A DNA stretch of 64,000 nucleotides from Okamejei kenojei (taxonomy: Eukaryota), in NCBI GenBank assembly GCA_035221665.1, contig CM069153.1, positions 32,612,001-32,676,000 of the forward strand. Direction: 5' to 3'. Positions 26,178 through 37,306 of the stretch are shown piece after piece. Within the stretch, counting starts at the first letter, position 1; the number at the start of each line of letters is the position of its first letter. The notes beneath the pieces are model-generated. The model was not told where the DNA came from and ran no database searches. It saw only the letters and a program-made list of their open reading frames with translations. The position numbers and the translations under genes are program-made.

Positions 26178-26489
26178 ATGTTTGTTGAAATGTTACTTGC
26201 CTAATTTTTCACCCTACGACTGTCAGTACAATTAATAATATAAATAAAAACATGACTAATTGTGATTTGTCTTTAATGTTGAGGTCATGTCACAATGTTA
26301 CAGATATTAAAATAACATGGCAAATGATTAAATGTATTTTCTGCAGATTACATTTCCATAGCTAAGTTTAGACAATGATCTTACATTATTATGTTTCAAA
26401 ACGTGTCTCTTCAGTCAAGGATAGTCGACTTAAGGGCTGGAAGCAATCTTAAAATGGTGGAAATCTCTTGGGGTCTAAAGGGTTGTCAG

Positions 26490-26780
26490 ATGTGGTTTGA
26501 AGTGGATCACACATTTAAGAGGGGTTGCGTATTGGCGAAACCGCAAATTAAAGTTGATCTTGGGCAGAAGCACAGGTGGAAGTGGATCACAGGTAGTAGT
26601 GAATCACAGGAGTGGGATCACATAGAAGTGGATCACAAGTATAAGTGGATCATAGGAGTGTGATCATGGGTGGAAGTAGATCACAGATAGAATTGCATCG
26701 CAGGAGTATGGTCACACGTAGAAGTGGATTGCAGATAGATGTTGAACACAGGAGTGGGATCTCAGGTAGAGGTGACTCAC
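26490..26780 (+). repeat. Degenerate ~18-20 bp tandem repeat with a GTGGATCACA core
   Basis: Repeated aagtggatcaca/gtgggatcaca/agtagatcaca. Continues at 27080-27130 and ~29550-29670. Confidence 0.7.
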
Positions 26781-27070
26781 AGGGTGGCACGTTGGTGCAG
26801 CGCAGGAGACCCGGGTTCAATCCCGACTATGGATGCTGTCTGTACGGAGTTTGTAAGTTCTCCCCGTGACCTGCGTGGGTTTTCTCCGAGATTTTCAGTT
26901 TCCTCCTACACTCCAAAGACATACAGTTTTGTAGGTTAAGTGGTAAATGTAAAAATAAAATTGTCCCTGGTATGTGTACATAGTGTTAGTATGCGGAGAT
27001 CACTGGTCGATGCGGACTCGTTGGGCTGAAGGGCCAGTTTCCGCACTGTATCTTTAAATGAAATTAAACG
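26780..27070 (+). mobile_element. V-SINE (HE1-like), near full length
   Basis: A-box-like ggtggcac..tggt, B-box ggttcaatccc, V-domain ggagtttgta.gttctccccgtgacctgcgtgggtt, and a CR1-derived tail. Confidence 0.85.
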
Positions 27071-27129
27071 AAAACAGATAGAGGTGGATCACGGGTAGGA
27101 TCACAGATGGAGGTTCACTACAGGTAGAG

Positions 27130-27345
27130 GTCATGGTGGTGCAGCGGTGGAGTTGCTGCCTTACAGCAAAATGCAGCGGCGGAGAACCAGGTTCGATCCC
27201 GACCACGGGCGCTGTCTGTATAGAGTTTGTACGTTCTCTCTGTGACCTGCGTGGGTTTTCTCTGAGATCTTCGGTTTCCTCCCACATTCCAAAGATGTAC
27301 AGGTTTGTAAGTTAATTGGCTTGATAAAAATGTGAAAAGTGTCCG
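27130..27345 (+). mobile_element. V-SINE, 3' end disrupted at the DIRS insertion
   Basis: ggtggtgcagcggtggagttgctgcc...ggttcgatccc...V domain. Confidence 0.85.
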
Positions 27346-27349
27346 GTAT

Positions 27350-29492
27350 AAAATAGTAAGATTAAACGAGAACTTACCAGTTCGAAGTTTGATCCTTATT
27401 TTATGAGGAGTGACGTTGAGGGATTACGTGAAGAAGCCCCGCCAGGCGCATGCGCATCATACTTCAAAGCAGCGGCGTGAAAACACAGAAAACAAATAGC
27501 CGAAGTAACATAGTAAGGCTCGTAGAAGACTAGAACTACCAGATGATTGAAATTAAATGTCAAGTACCTGCGATAATGAGCATGAATTGGCAGTGAATAA
27601 TACACATCTTGCAAACAAATAGTTGCCACATAACAGCCCTGTGATAGCAGGTGTTAAGCAGTAACAAATTTAAGTGATTGAGGACGAGAATTACTCTACA
27701 ACACCTATCTTTTTGAGATCTGGGGAAATATTAGAAACAATTGTGGAGGATGATTAATGGCTTTATTAATGACCATTATCTATATGTTCAGGCTCTAGAG
27801 CAGAAAACACCCACATTTTATTAGGCTTGTGCTGTTGAGGTGGATCTATCCCTGAGATAAACTCAATGGGAGACTTGAGACAGTATTTAGTATAAACATT
27901 ATACTAAATACATTATACAGCATCATTCATTAGAAAACATTTGTAATGAACCTCCAATAGGAGATTGGCCACCAGAACTTTATCGTTAAGAAAAGTCCCT
28001 GTACCTCTACAGTTGACCTGTAAAGCTGTTGTCTGCTCATATTGGGATTGTAGCCGGTCTGTCTCGGTGGGTACCCTCGTTGCCCCACTGGCCTGCCCCT
28101 GCTGAACTCAGCCCCTGGATCTGACTTTCAGTATTAACCCAGGGTTGCGAATAGGTGGCCTTGAAATGCTTGACTACATTAAGCCAATTGCTTTGACCTC
28201 ATCTTGAATTTCATGAATTTTCATGACAAGGTCCGTTCCAAACCATATTTCAGGCGTTTGTACAGTAGTCGCCCTACATAGAGTAGCAAATTTTTGGTTT
28301 AGTGTTGGCCTGATGGCGATATTCCCTGATGCAATTTCCTGAAAAATGCATTGCATAAAATACCCAACATATCTGTTGTGCGTTTGAGGAATGATTGTCC
28401 CTTGGACCATAGTGCCAAATGCAGTAATTGCTGCAGCCACCAGTTGGAGGACGTGTTAACACCGAACCTCCTGTCCCGTCAAAGAAGGACTCAAGGGTGC
28501 CCAGAACCTGGGTCACCATAGCCACTTTCAGTAATGCACATTAAACAGGTGTCTCATATTTGTTTGCAATCACTTGCATCATATGTTGCTGGAACTGGTG
28601 AGGTACTACATAATTGATACTGCTGGGAAGGGATTGTTCCAGTGACTCACCAGCCCCCTCCGGAATAGCAACTCAGTGCCATTTCCGAGACACCCGGAGC
28701 GTGGCTCTTGTGCGCGCTGGTGTTTGCACATAAGCAGGGACACCAGCATCAGGGTCAGCTGCAATCTGCCCGCTTCTCCCATCATATAGTAGGGAGGCAT
28801 CCTCCAGTCCTAAACAAGGTGCTGGAAGGAACCCCAATAAATGGACACTCCATATGTTGGTCTTGGTATGGCCCTCTTGGACATTACTGGCCCTAGGAAA
28901 CTTATGTAATGCAGGTTGGAGCATCAGCTGCATGTTCCTAACCTCCACCACGATCTTGTATGATCAGGGGAAGAGTCACTATTGTTGTCAGAGAATCCAG
29001 GTCTGTGACTTCATATTTGCCTTTTCATAGCTAGGAGCAGTCTCAGTCTGCTTAGTACCCTTGGAAATAAATAGATGGACCAGGCTCATTCTGAATCAAA
29101 ATTCCAGTTGGCCTGCCTTTTGCCAATGGAGCTAGTGGGGTAATTAGCGCGCTATTTGAACTGCTGCCGGTAAAAAGGCACCCGGCATCGGAACCGGCGT
29201 TGCCTCGCTTATCTCCCGACCCGATCAAATTGAATCCCTGGACCCACGCTAAGACGGATCTTCAGAAATGACAGCTCCAACTCACCACTCCTACGACTGC
29301 TCGAGCCAGCTTTACGGAGTGGAAATACTTCTAAGGAAAGTTTGTAAAAACACTTACCTTAGAAGTTCCTACTTACCCGCTGGTGGAGCTGTGCCCTCCA
29401 GCCCGTTCAGTGCCACATGCGCGGAGGTAATGACGAGCATGCGCCTGGCGGGGCTTCTTCACGTAGTCACTCACATGACTACGAGGTAAAAT
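27350..29492 (-). mobile_element. DIRS1-type (tyrosine-recombinase) retrotransposon, internally deleted
   Basis: Inverted repeats tacgtgaagaagccccgccaggcgcatgc (~27426) and gcatgcgcctggcggggcttcttcacgta (~29436-29465). Minus-strand RT-start remnants PIGGSLQMF, KKD..CRVIL and ATICLQDVYYSLPIH..YRRYLTF (cf. DIRS IDLKDAY..VPI). Confidence 0.8.
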
Positions 29493-30084
29493 TGTCCAAC
29501 TTCCAGTATAGTCCCTGGTGGACTCTTCGGAAGGTACAAGGTAGAAGGTGCTAGGAATTAGATCACAGGAAAGGAATTAAAGTGATTGACCAACAGGAGT
29601 GGGACCAGAGTCTAAAGTAAGGTTCACAAATGAAAGTGGGTCACAGATGAAGTTAAAATCAGCATAGAAGTCCATCAGTGATGGTGAACTTATGACAATG
29701 AACTGACAGTCATTGGGTGAAAAACAAGGCAAATAACATTTCAATAAACATGATCCCTCAATGTCAGTGTCTCGATTGTGCAATTGGTACTGGACAGTAC
29801 TGCTATATAAACAGAACCAATCACATTACATTGTAGTGGTCATAAGCAGTTAATTCAGAGCCCACAGGAATGTGGAATTACTGCAGGGCAAATGTTGCCA
29901 AAGTCACTTACAGAATTCCCTGTTTGTTTAGAATTTGGCTAAACGATAACATATGTCAACCAAAATGAATGCAGTCAGTAATTGATGTGAGTGAGCTATG
30001 TTTAGTGGCCACCAGATATTCTTTCAGTGGGTCATGGCCTCTCGTTATGCTCTACTCTACAATGAATCTTCCTATATGAACGTG

Positions 30085-30660
30085 CATCACCGGCCTTTCT
30101 GCTTTCCGCAGAGACCGTTCCCTCCGAAACTCCCTGGTCAACTCGTCCCTTCCCACCCAAACCACCCTCTCCCCAAGGTACTTTCCCCTGCAACCGCAGG
30201 AGATGCAACACCTGTCCCTTTACCTCCCCCCCTCGACTCCATCCAAGGGCCCAAACAGTCTTTCCAGGTGAGGCAGAGGTTCACTTGCACCACCTCCAAC
30301 CTCAGCTACAGTATCTGCGGTTCCTGGTGTCAACTGCTCTACACCGGCTAGACCAAGCGCAGGCTCGGCGATCGTTACGCTGAACACCTCCGTTCAGTCC
30401 GTTGTAACCTACCTGATCTCCCGATGGCCCAGCACTTCAACTCCCCCTCCCATTCTCAATCTGATCCATTGTCAGAGTGAGGCACAGCGCAAATTGGAGG
30501 AACAGCACCTCATATTTCGCTTGGGTAGTTTACACCCCAGCGGTATGAATATTGACTTCTCTAACCAGATAGCCCTTGCTTTCTTTCTCCATCCCCTGCC
30601 CCTTCCCAGTTCTCCCACTAGTCTTACTGTCTCCACCTACATTCTATCTTTGACGCGCCC
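30085..30660 (+). mobile_element. Penelope-like retroelement, GIY-YIG endonuclease fragment
   Basis: PCNRRRCNTC (frameshifted), FTCTTSNL.Y.I.C..CQLLYTG*TKRRLGDR.AEHLRSV and LEEQHLIFRLGSLHPSGMNIDFS. Confidence 0.9.
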
Positions 30661-30932
30661 CCTTGTGTATTCCTACCTTGGAATACACAAGATCTGGTCC
30701 TCAGTAGATTGTGCACTAATTTTGTGCACCGTGCAGGCAAATCACGCTATAAATGAATACATCAGGTAATGCGACAGAGAAAATAAACAGAGACCAGAAT
30801 GTAGTGTCGCATCTACAGAGAAATTGCAGATTCAAAATGTGCGAGGTGTAGATGCTGCGATGATGTCGTTTGGAAGATTGGAAATTCATCCTTAGCATGT
30901 TAGAGGGCCATTAATGATACTGATAACAGTGG

Positions 30933-31833
30933 GGAAGTGGCGGCGCTGCCTGGCAGCTGCGGCTCACCTGCAGTCCGTCTGTTTTTTCTTTTTTTTTGTC
31001 TTCTTGTGTTTGTTTAAGTTAGAATTTTGGTTTATTAGGCTGTGTATGTGTGTGTGTGTGGGGGGGGGGGGGGGGGTGGGGGGAGAAACAGGGTTTTAGT
31101 CTCTCCCTTCGGGGGGGGTGCGACTTTTCTTGTCGTGTCCCCCGTCACCGTCTCCGTCTGTGCTGAGGCCTAATCGCGGAGCTTGCGGCCTCGGAGCTAT
31201 GGCGGCGTTCCAGCTTCCGGCGGCGGTGGCGGCACGGCTTCAGAGCTGCGGTGCTCCAGCAGCGGCACGGTTTCAGAGCTGCGGTGCTCCAGCAGCGGCC
31301 CGGCTTCAGAGCTGCGGTGCTCCAGCAGCGGCACAGTTTCAGAGCTGCGGTGCTCCAGCAGCGGCACAGTTTCAGAGCTGCGGTGCTCCAGCGGCGGCCC
31401 GGCTTCAGAGCTGCGGTGCACCAACGGTGCTCCAGCGGCGACCCGGCCTCAGAGCTGTGGTTCTCCAGCAGTGGCATTCCAGCGGCGACCCGGCTTCAGA
31501 GCTGCGGGGCTCCAGCGTTCCAGCGGCGGACCCTGCTTCAGAGCGGTGGCGGCAGCCGGCATCGGAGGCTCGGCCGCGGGCCTAGTGGACGATAACATCA
31601 GAGGCCTGGATCGCCTCAGTGCAGAGGGAGATCAAGGAGGGAAGAAGACAAAGACTTTAAGACTTTTGCCTTCCACCACAGTGAGGAGGTGCTTGGTGAA
31701 CTCACTGTGGTGGATGTTAAATATGCGTTTATTGTGCGTTTTGTTTTTTATTATATGTTATGACTGCAAGGTAACGAAATTTCATTCAGACCGAAAGGTC
31801 TGAATGACAATAAAGGATACTTTACTTTACTTT
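30933..31833 (+). mobile_element. Non-autonomous GC-rich retroelement with a Rex1-like 3' hairpin and (tactt)n tail
   Basis: Starts ggaagtggcggcg, shares blocks with 44961-45672, and ends tcattcagaccgaaaggtctgaatgacaataaa. Confidence 0.7.
31232..31520 (+). repeat. 33-bp GC-rich minisatellite
   Basis: Unit cagagctgcggtgctccagcagcggcacggttt, about 6 good copies plus degenerate ones. Confidence 0.9.
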
Positions 31834-34054
31834 AAGAAGCTGTTCTTGAATCTGGTTATACGTGATTTCACGTCTTTGTTCATTCTGCCTGACTTGAGTG
31901 GGGAGAGGAAAGAATGACCAGGATGATAGTGGTCCTTGATAATGTTGGCTGCTTTCTGAAAGCAACATGAAGTATTGATGAAGTATGGAGGGGGGGGGGG
32001 GGTCTGGTCTGCGTGATGGACTGGGCTGTGATCACAGGTTTTGGCGCGTCCGGATATTATTGCTTTCAACGGTGCATTGGTAGAAATTAGTGAGAGTAAT
32101 TGGAGATACAGTTTGCTGAATTTCCTTTGCCTTCTGAGCAAATGGAAACATTGGCATGCTCCTTTGGCCATAGTGTCAATATGGTTGGACCAGGACAAAT
32201 TGGTGGTGATGTTGATTCATTGGAACTTAAAGCTTCAAGCAAACTCTTCAGCAACATTGATACAGACAGGAGGTGGGTACTGCACCCCACTTCTTGAACG
32301 ATGATTTGCTCATCATTGAGAGGAGAATTTGGCTGCAGTCATGAGTCTATATGGAGTATTGTAAGAGGCTGTGAACTGAGCCTGTTTGGACACCGATGCT
32401 GAGAATTATCGTGGAGGATATTTTGTTTTACCTTCTCGCTGATACCGATTAGTTGGTCGGGCAGTTGAATATCTACTTGCACAGGTGGGAACTAAGTCAC
32501 ATTCCAGTTTAAAGATGAATGTGGTTGGAATTATGGTGCTGAAGGCAGAGAAAAGATGTTAAACAAAATGAATGCCTATCAAGAAACAAAGTTGAGAATC
32601 GCTGACAAAGCTCAGGTGTCAGCAGGAATGTTTCCATCTGATTTTCTGCCCATTTTATATCAAGGCCTTGACCCCTCACTGTGGTAAAAGATGACAACTA
32701 TCAATAGCCCATTGTCCTACTCATGTGATCATTCTTTATATGAGAGGCCACACAGGGATTGTTAGAGTTATCCTCTTCTTTGACTGAGGAATGGATCTGT
32801 TCAAATGACCTTGAGAAGGCAGATGGGTTATCAGTGTGACGTGCAATTGGGAAAGCTAACACGGAGAACAATATTATATAGTCTTAATATCACAGCGTAG
32901 ATATTGTGGTCAATTCTTGGAGAAGGGCTTGGAGCACCAACATTCTGATGCAAAAGACTTAGTTCAGTCAATGAATGAAGGGAAGGCAAAACATTGTGAG
33001 GAATTCCAGAACCCTGATCCCTGGCAATAACACTAGGATAAGCAAACGTACGGAGCCAAGTGGGGCTGGTGTAGATGAGACATGTTAGTCGATGTGGGGA
33101 AGTTGGGCCAAAGGGCCTGTTTCCACGCTGTATGGCTCTATGACTGGTGATTTCACACAGAGACTTCAGAGGAGAAGACGGAGTAGGGTTGCGACTGCAA
33201 GAGAGTCAGGGGAGAAGGAACGACCACAACTTTATTGAGAAAATATAAAAAAGAACAAATGTTTTATTTCCAAGAGAATGGAGCAAAGGTAACAAAATGG
33301 GTATTCTGCAATAAACATCCCGAATGTTGGAGTGAAGGAAATGCTTCCCCTGGGAACCATATTCAGGACAGATTCAGGCTATAACAAGAAATCTTTAAGG
33401 CTGTGGCAGATCATGATACCAAATAGTGAAGCTAATTATTTGGAGCCGCCATCAGTGTTGCTGCATTCTACAGTGCCATGGAAAGTGAGAGTATATGGTT
33501 TCTGAGGGAATGGGGAAATCAGCAACAGAGGATTTTTATGGAGAGGGGGACCTCACTTAGTACAGTATAAATTTAATTCTCTAACTATTCTGAGAAAAGA
33601 TGCACAAACATATTGTATTAAAGAGACAGTGTTTTAAAAGAGGCCCCATTTAAAAAAAAAAATATTTTCCCTTCATTAGAAAGAAAGCCCAAATCAATGT
33701 TCATTGTATTTGAGATCACAAGGGACTATTAACAATAATGGACATATTAGAGCAAATGTTTTCTCATTTAGCAAGGGACTCATAAATCATGTTTATCAAA
33801 ATTTACTCCACCATGCTGAGTTCCATGTATGCACAGTGAGCAAACTATTTCAATATAAAACTCTGCCACGAAAAACAATAATTTTGAATTCCATGCTACT
33901 GTTTAACACTACATCTCTACGTTCTTTACTCTGGTTTGGGGCAGCTGGCCCAGATGTTGAAAGCAAGAGATGTCTGAAATCCAACGACAATCGTTTGCTT
34001 TTCCCAGATTCGCTCTTTTGTCCTCATAGAGCCATCAGATGAAATGATAACGAT

Positions 34055-34147
34055 TGACACAAAGTGTTGAAGTAACTCAGCGGGACAGGCAGCATCTCTG
34101 GAGGGAAGGGATGGGTGATGTTTCAGTTTGAGACCCTTCTTCAGACC
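34055..34147 (-). mobile_element. Penelope-like terminal fragment
   Basis: Minus strand ggtctgaagaagggtctcaaactgaaacatcaccc...agagatgctgcctgtcccgctgagttact. Confidence 0.75.
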
Positions 34148-35194
34148 AAAGAAACAATTATTAAGTGCACAAAGGAACTACACTATGGAGTAATGCATCT
34201 TTCACGAACCACATAAAACGTTGTCACAAGTCCCCACCCAAGTTGCAGAGGGAATTTATCGGAATACGATGATGGATGAGAGATTCCAGTTGATGAAGAT
34301 GTGATTGTTTTTCTCAGAGGAGGCAGATTGAAGGAGATGTTCAAAGTGATGTGACCGTTTAAGTGGAGGGAAACATTGCTTCCATTTGGAGAGCAGCACT
34401 TAAAGATAACAAGAAAAAAAACAATGCAAGGAGGTGGTTATTTTATGCAGTAAATTATTATGATTGGAAAGCACTACCTGACACAGCTGGAAGAAGATTC
34501 AGTTGTAACTTTAAAAAAGGAAAAATTGAAAGGCTGTGGAAACAGAAGAAGGGCAGTGGGACAAATAGGGTCGCTTTTTTTTCAAAGAACAAGCAATGAC
34601 ATAAAGGGCCGAATGGGTTTCCTCCATGGCATTTGATTTTGTGATTAAGAAATACAAAGTATAGTTTAAAGTCTCAGCCAACACTGTCAGAGAGAAAGGA
34701 AACTGTGTCCAGTACATGTCTTTCCAGTAAAGAAGTCCATTATTTGCTTGGTATTTGACAATTCTTAAACAAGCAGATTTCCGCTCTTAGGGAGTGCAGG
34801 CTTGCGTGTGGAAACCAATCTTTGCAACAGGCATGAATGTTAGCTATGCCTACTTATCATAATCTGCATCAGCCAGAGAGCACAATCCATGCAAAGCATC
34901 AAAGCACTTTGTTTCAACAACGCAACTTGTTTTCGTAAAGCTTTTAATCTAGTAATGACGTCCCATGGCTCTTTGTAGAAATGTTGTCGTACAAAATTTG
35001 CTATTGGCCCACAACAAAATATTAAAACAGGTGGCCAAAAATTTGGTCAATGAGGCAGAACCTGGAAACAATTCTACTGATTAAATGTTTGGCTTTTTGA
35101 ATAGGTGAAACCAGAAATCAAGGGACACTTGGTCAAGTGTAAATCTGATCTTCAGATAAAATTATTTTGACAGATGGTGGGTTTTCTCCGAGAT

Positions 35195-35372
35195 CTTTGG
35201 TTTCCTCCCACATTCCAAAGACGTACAGGTTTGTAGGTTAGTTGGCTTGGTATAAATGTAAATTGTCCCTCATGTGTGAAGTGTTAATGTGCGGTGATCA
35301 CTGGTCGGTGTGGGCTCGGTGGGCCGAAGGGCCTGTTTCCGCGCTGTATCTTTAAACTAAACTAAACTAAAA
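35195..35372 (+). mobile_element. V-SINE, 5'-truncated
   Basis: V domain, gggccgaagggcctgtttccgcgctgtatc and (taaac)n tail. Confidence 0.85.
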
Positions 35373-36771
35373 TTGAAGGACAATTCTGTTAGTCCTACTC
35401 AAACCAATAAAAGTAATATCGAAGGTAGAACAGAGAACAGGAATAGGACCTTCGCCCACAATGTTTGTGCCAGACATGATGCCAAGTGAAACAAAGTGCA
35501 GAATATAGTGTTACAGCCTCGGAGAACGTGCAAATAAAAATGTTCAAAAGCCGCAATGATGAAGATTGTAACAGCAGGATATATCATTAGCTTATATGAG
35601 GAACTGAACGTACAGTACAGTATAGAAACAGGCTCTTTGGCCCACAATGTTTGTGCCAAACATAATGCCAGGTTAAACTCTCATCCCTGGACATGACCCA
35701 TATCCCTCTATTCCCTGCACTCCCATGGGCCTCTCCGTGTAAAACAACATGGCCCACACATCTCCATTCAACTTCCCCCCTCGCACCAGGTAGCAATGCT
35801 CTCTAGTTCTAAAGATGTGTGGATTTGCCGTTAATTGGCCACAGAAAATGTATTGGTGGATGGTAGAATCTGGAAAAGTTCATGAAGATTCAGGGAGAAG
35901 AAAAAATGCATTTCATGTACAATTAGTAAAAATCAGTGGCTGATGGTTGGCACAGACTTGATGGGATGATGGGCCTGTTTCTGCTCCACCATGACTCGTT
36001 CAATAAGCGTACATTAAATGGATGAAAATGGATGAATGGAGAAGTGGAAGACATTTGAGCAAAATCCCCTTTTCGCAGGTCCTCTCATCTCACTCACTAC
36101 AAGCATTTTGCTGGAGAATTTAAGTGCTACAGTAGATGGACAAGACTAAGTAGTCAGTCCTATTTATCATGGCCAAAAGATTACCTACAGGCATTTTGGG
36201 TGGCCAGAGAGATCTAGACAGGATCTCCAGAATGACCGTGCTGTACAGCAGTGGACATGTAAAAGGACTGAGGCCAGAGTGTGGGTTGTGTGAAAAGGGA
36301 TGTGTTGATGGCAATACCCATGGTGCTTTACAGGATCTCAAGTATGTCCTTATTAATGCCAGGTACAGATTAACTTCTCTTCCTATACCACCCCCATCTC
36401 CCACTACTACCCACTCGCCCCCCCCTGCCCCCCCAAATGCCCCTGTGAGCAAACTAAAGTGTTTCCTGCAATGCTGCTTTTAAAAGTACTTTATTGGCTG
36501 TGAAATACTTCAGGACACTGTGAATAATGGGCGGAGAAAGTCAAATTCCGCTCATGTGGAATCAAAAAACGAACACACAAAGTTAAAACCTGGCCATGTA
36601 CAAATTGAGAAGCATTTATTCCTTCGAAGGAATGGTGCCATACATAAGAAAGACACCTATGTCAGACTTCTATTCATAGACTAAAGGATCCAAGCTCATC
36701 TCCAAACTCGTGGAACTTGAAGTCAGCACTCACCTCTACATCTGAATCCTCGACCAACAATCAGTGAGGAT

Positions 36772-37306
36772 AACTCACTCTACTCTGGAGTCGCAAGAGC
36801 TTCATTGGCTCGTCTCCAGCTTGTCTCGAGGGAGCACATTACGCCAATTTTGGCCTCCCTTCACTGGCTCCCAGTGCATTTTCGAGTTCACTTCAAAATT
36901 CTTTTGTTTGTTTTTAAATCGCTGAATGGGCTCGCCCCGTCTTATCTCTCTGAGCTGCTCCACCTATATGCTCCTCTCAGGTCAGCTGATCAGCTGCTCC
37001 TTGAGGTACCAAGGTCTAAGCGGAGGCTCAGAGGGGATAGAGCACTCTGGAACATCTTGCCGCTGCACATCAGACAGGCCCCCTCACTGTCCATCTTCAA
37101 ATCCTCCCTCAAGACTCATTTTTATTCCTTGGCTTTCGACACTGGCTGAGGCTTGCTCCTGTTGTTAGTGCTTTTAATGTCTTTTAACCTTTAGTGTGTT
37201 TTATAGTCCTTCGTCTTACCAATGCCTTGGAGTTCTCATGTACAGCACTTTGTGGCAACTGTAGTTGTTTAAAGCGCTTTATAAATAAAGATATTATTAT
37301 TATTAT
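36772..37306 (+). mobile_element. L2 LINE 3' fragment
   Basis: REHITPILASLHWLPVHFRVHFKILLFVFKSLNGLAPSYL is a diagnostic L2 C-terminus. (tat)n tail. Confidence 0.9.

Larger units (their letters stand above)
30700..32480 (-). mobile_element. Decayed Rex1/Babar LINE hosting a nested non-autonomous element
   Basis: Minus-strand SWSNHID...AANIIKDHYHPGHSFLSPL.SGR...RFKNSF. The host reads continuously across the insert (gataacagtgggg|aagaagctgttc). Confidence 0.75.

Noticed and set aside
26490-26780. Repeats with variable intervening bases resembling a CRISPR array
   Set aside because: Units are short and degenerate, there are no unique 30-40 bp spacers or cas genes, and the context is vertebrate.
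27130-27210. tRNA-like sequences (also ~26780, ~48230-48290, ~63815)
   Set aside because: They are SINE heads followed by V-domain and LINE tail, and lack a complete cloverleaf.
31118-31803. Repeat-protein ORFs (AAARLQSCGAP)n and (SELRCSSSGT)n
   Set aside because: These are translations of a 33-bp minisatellite that is open in several frames on both strands.
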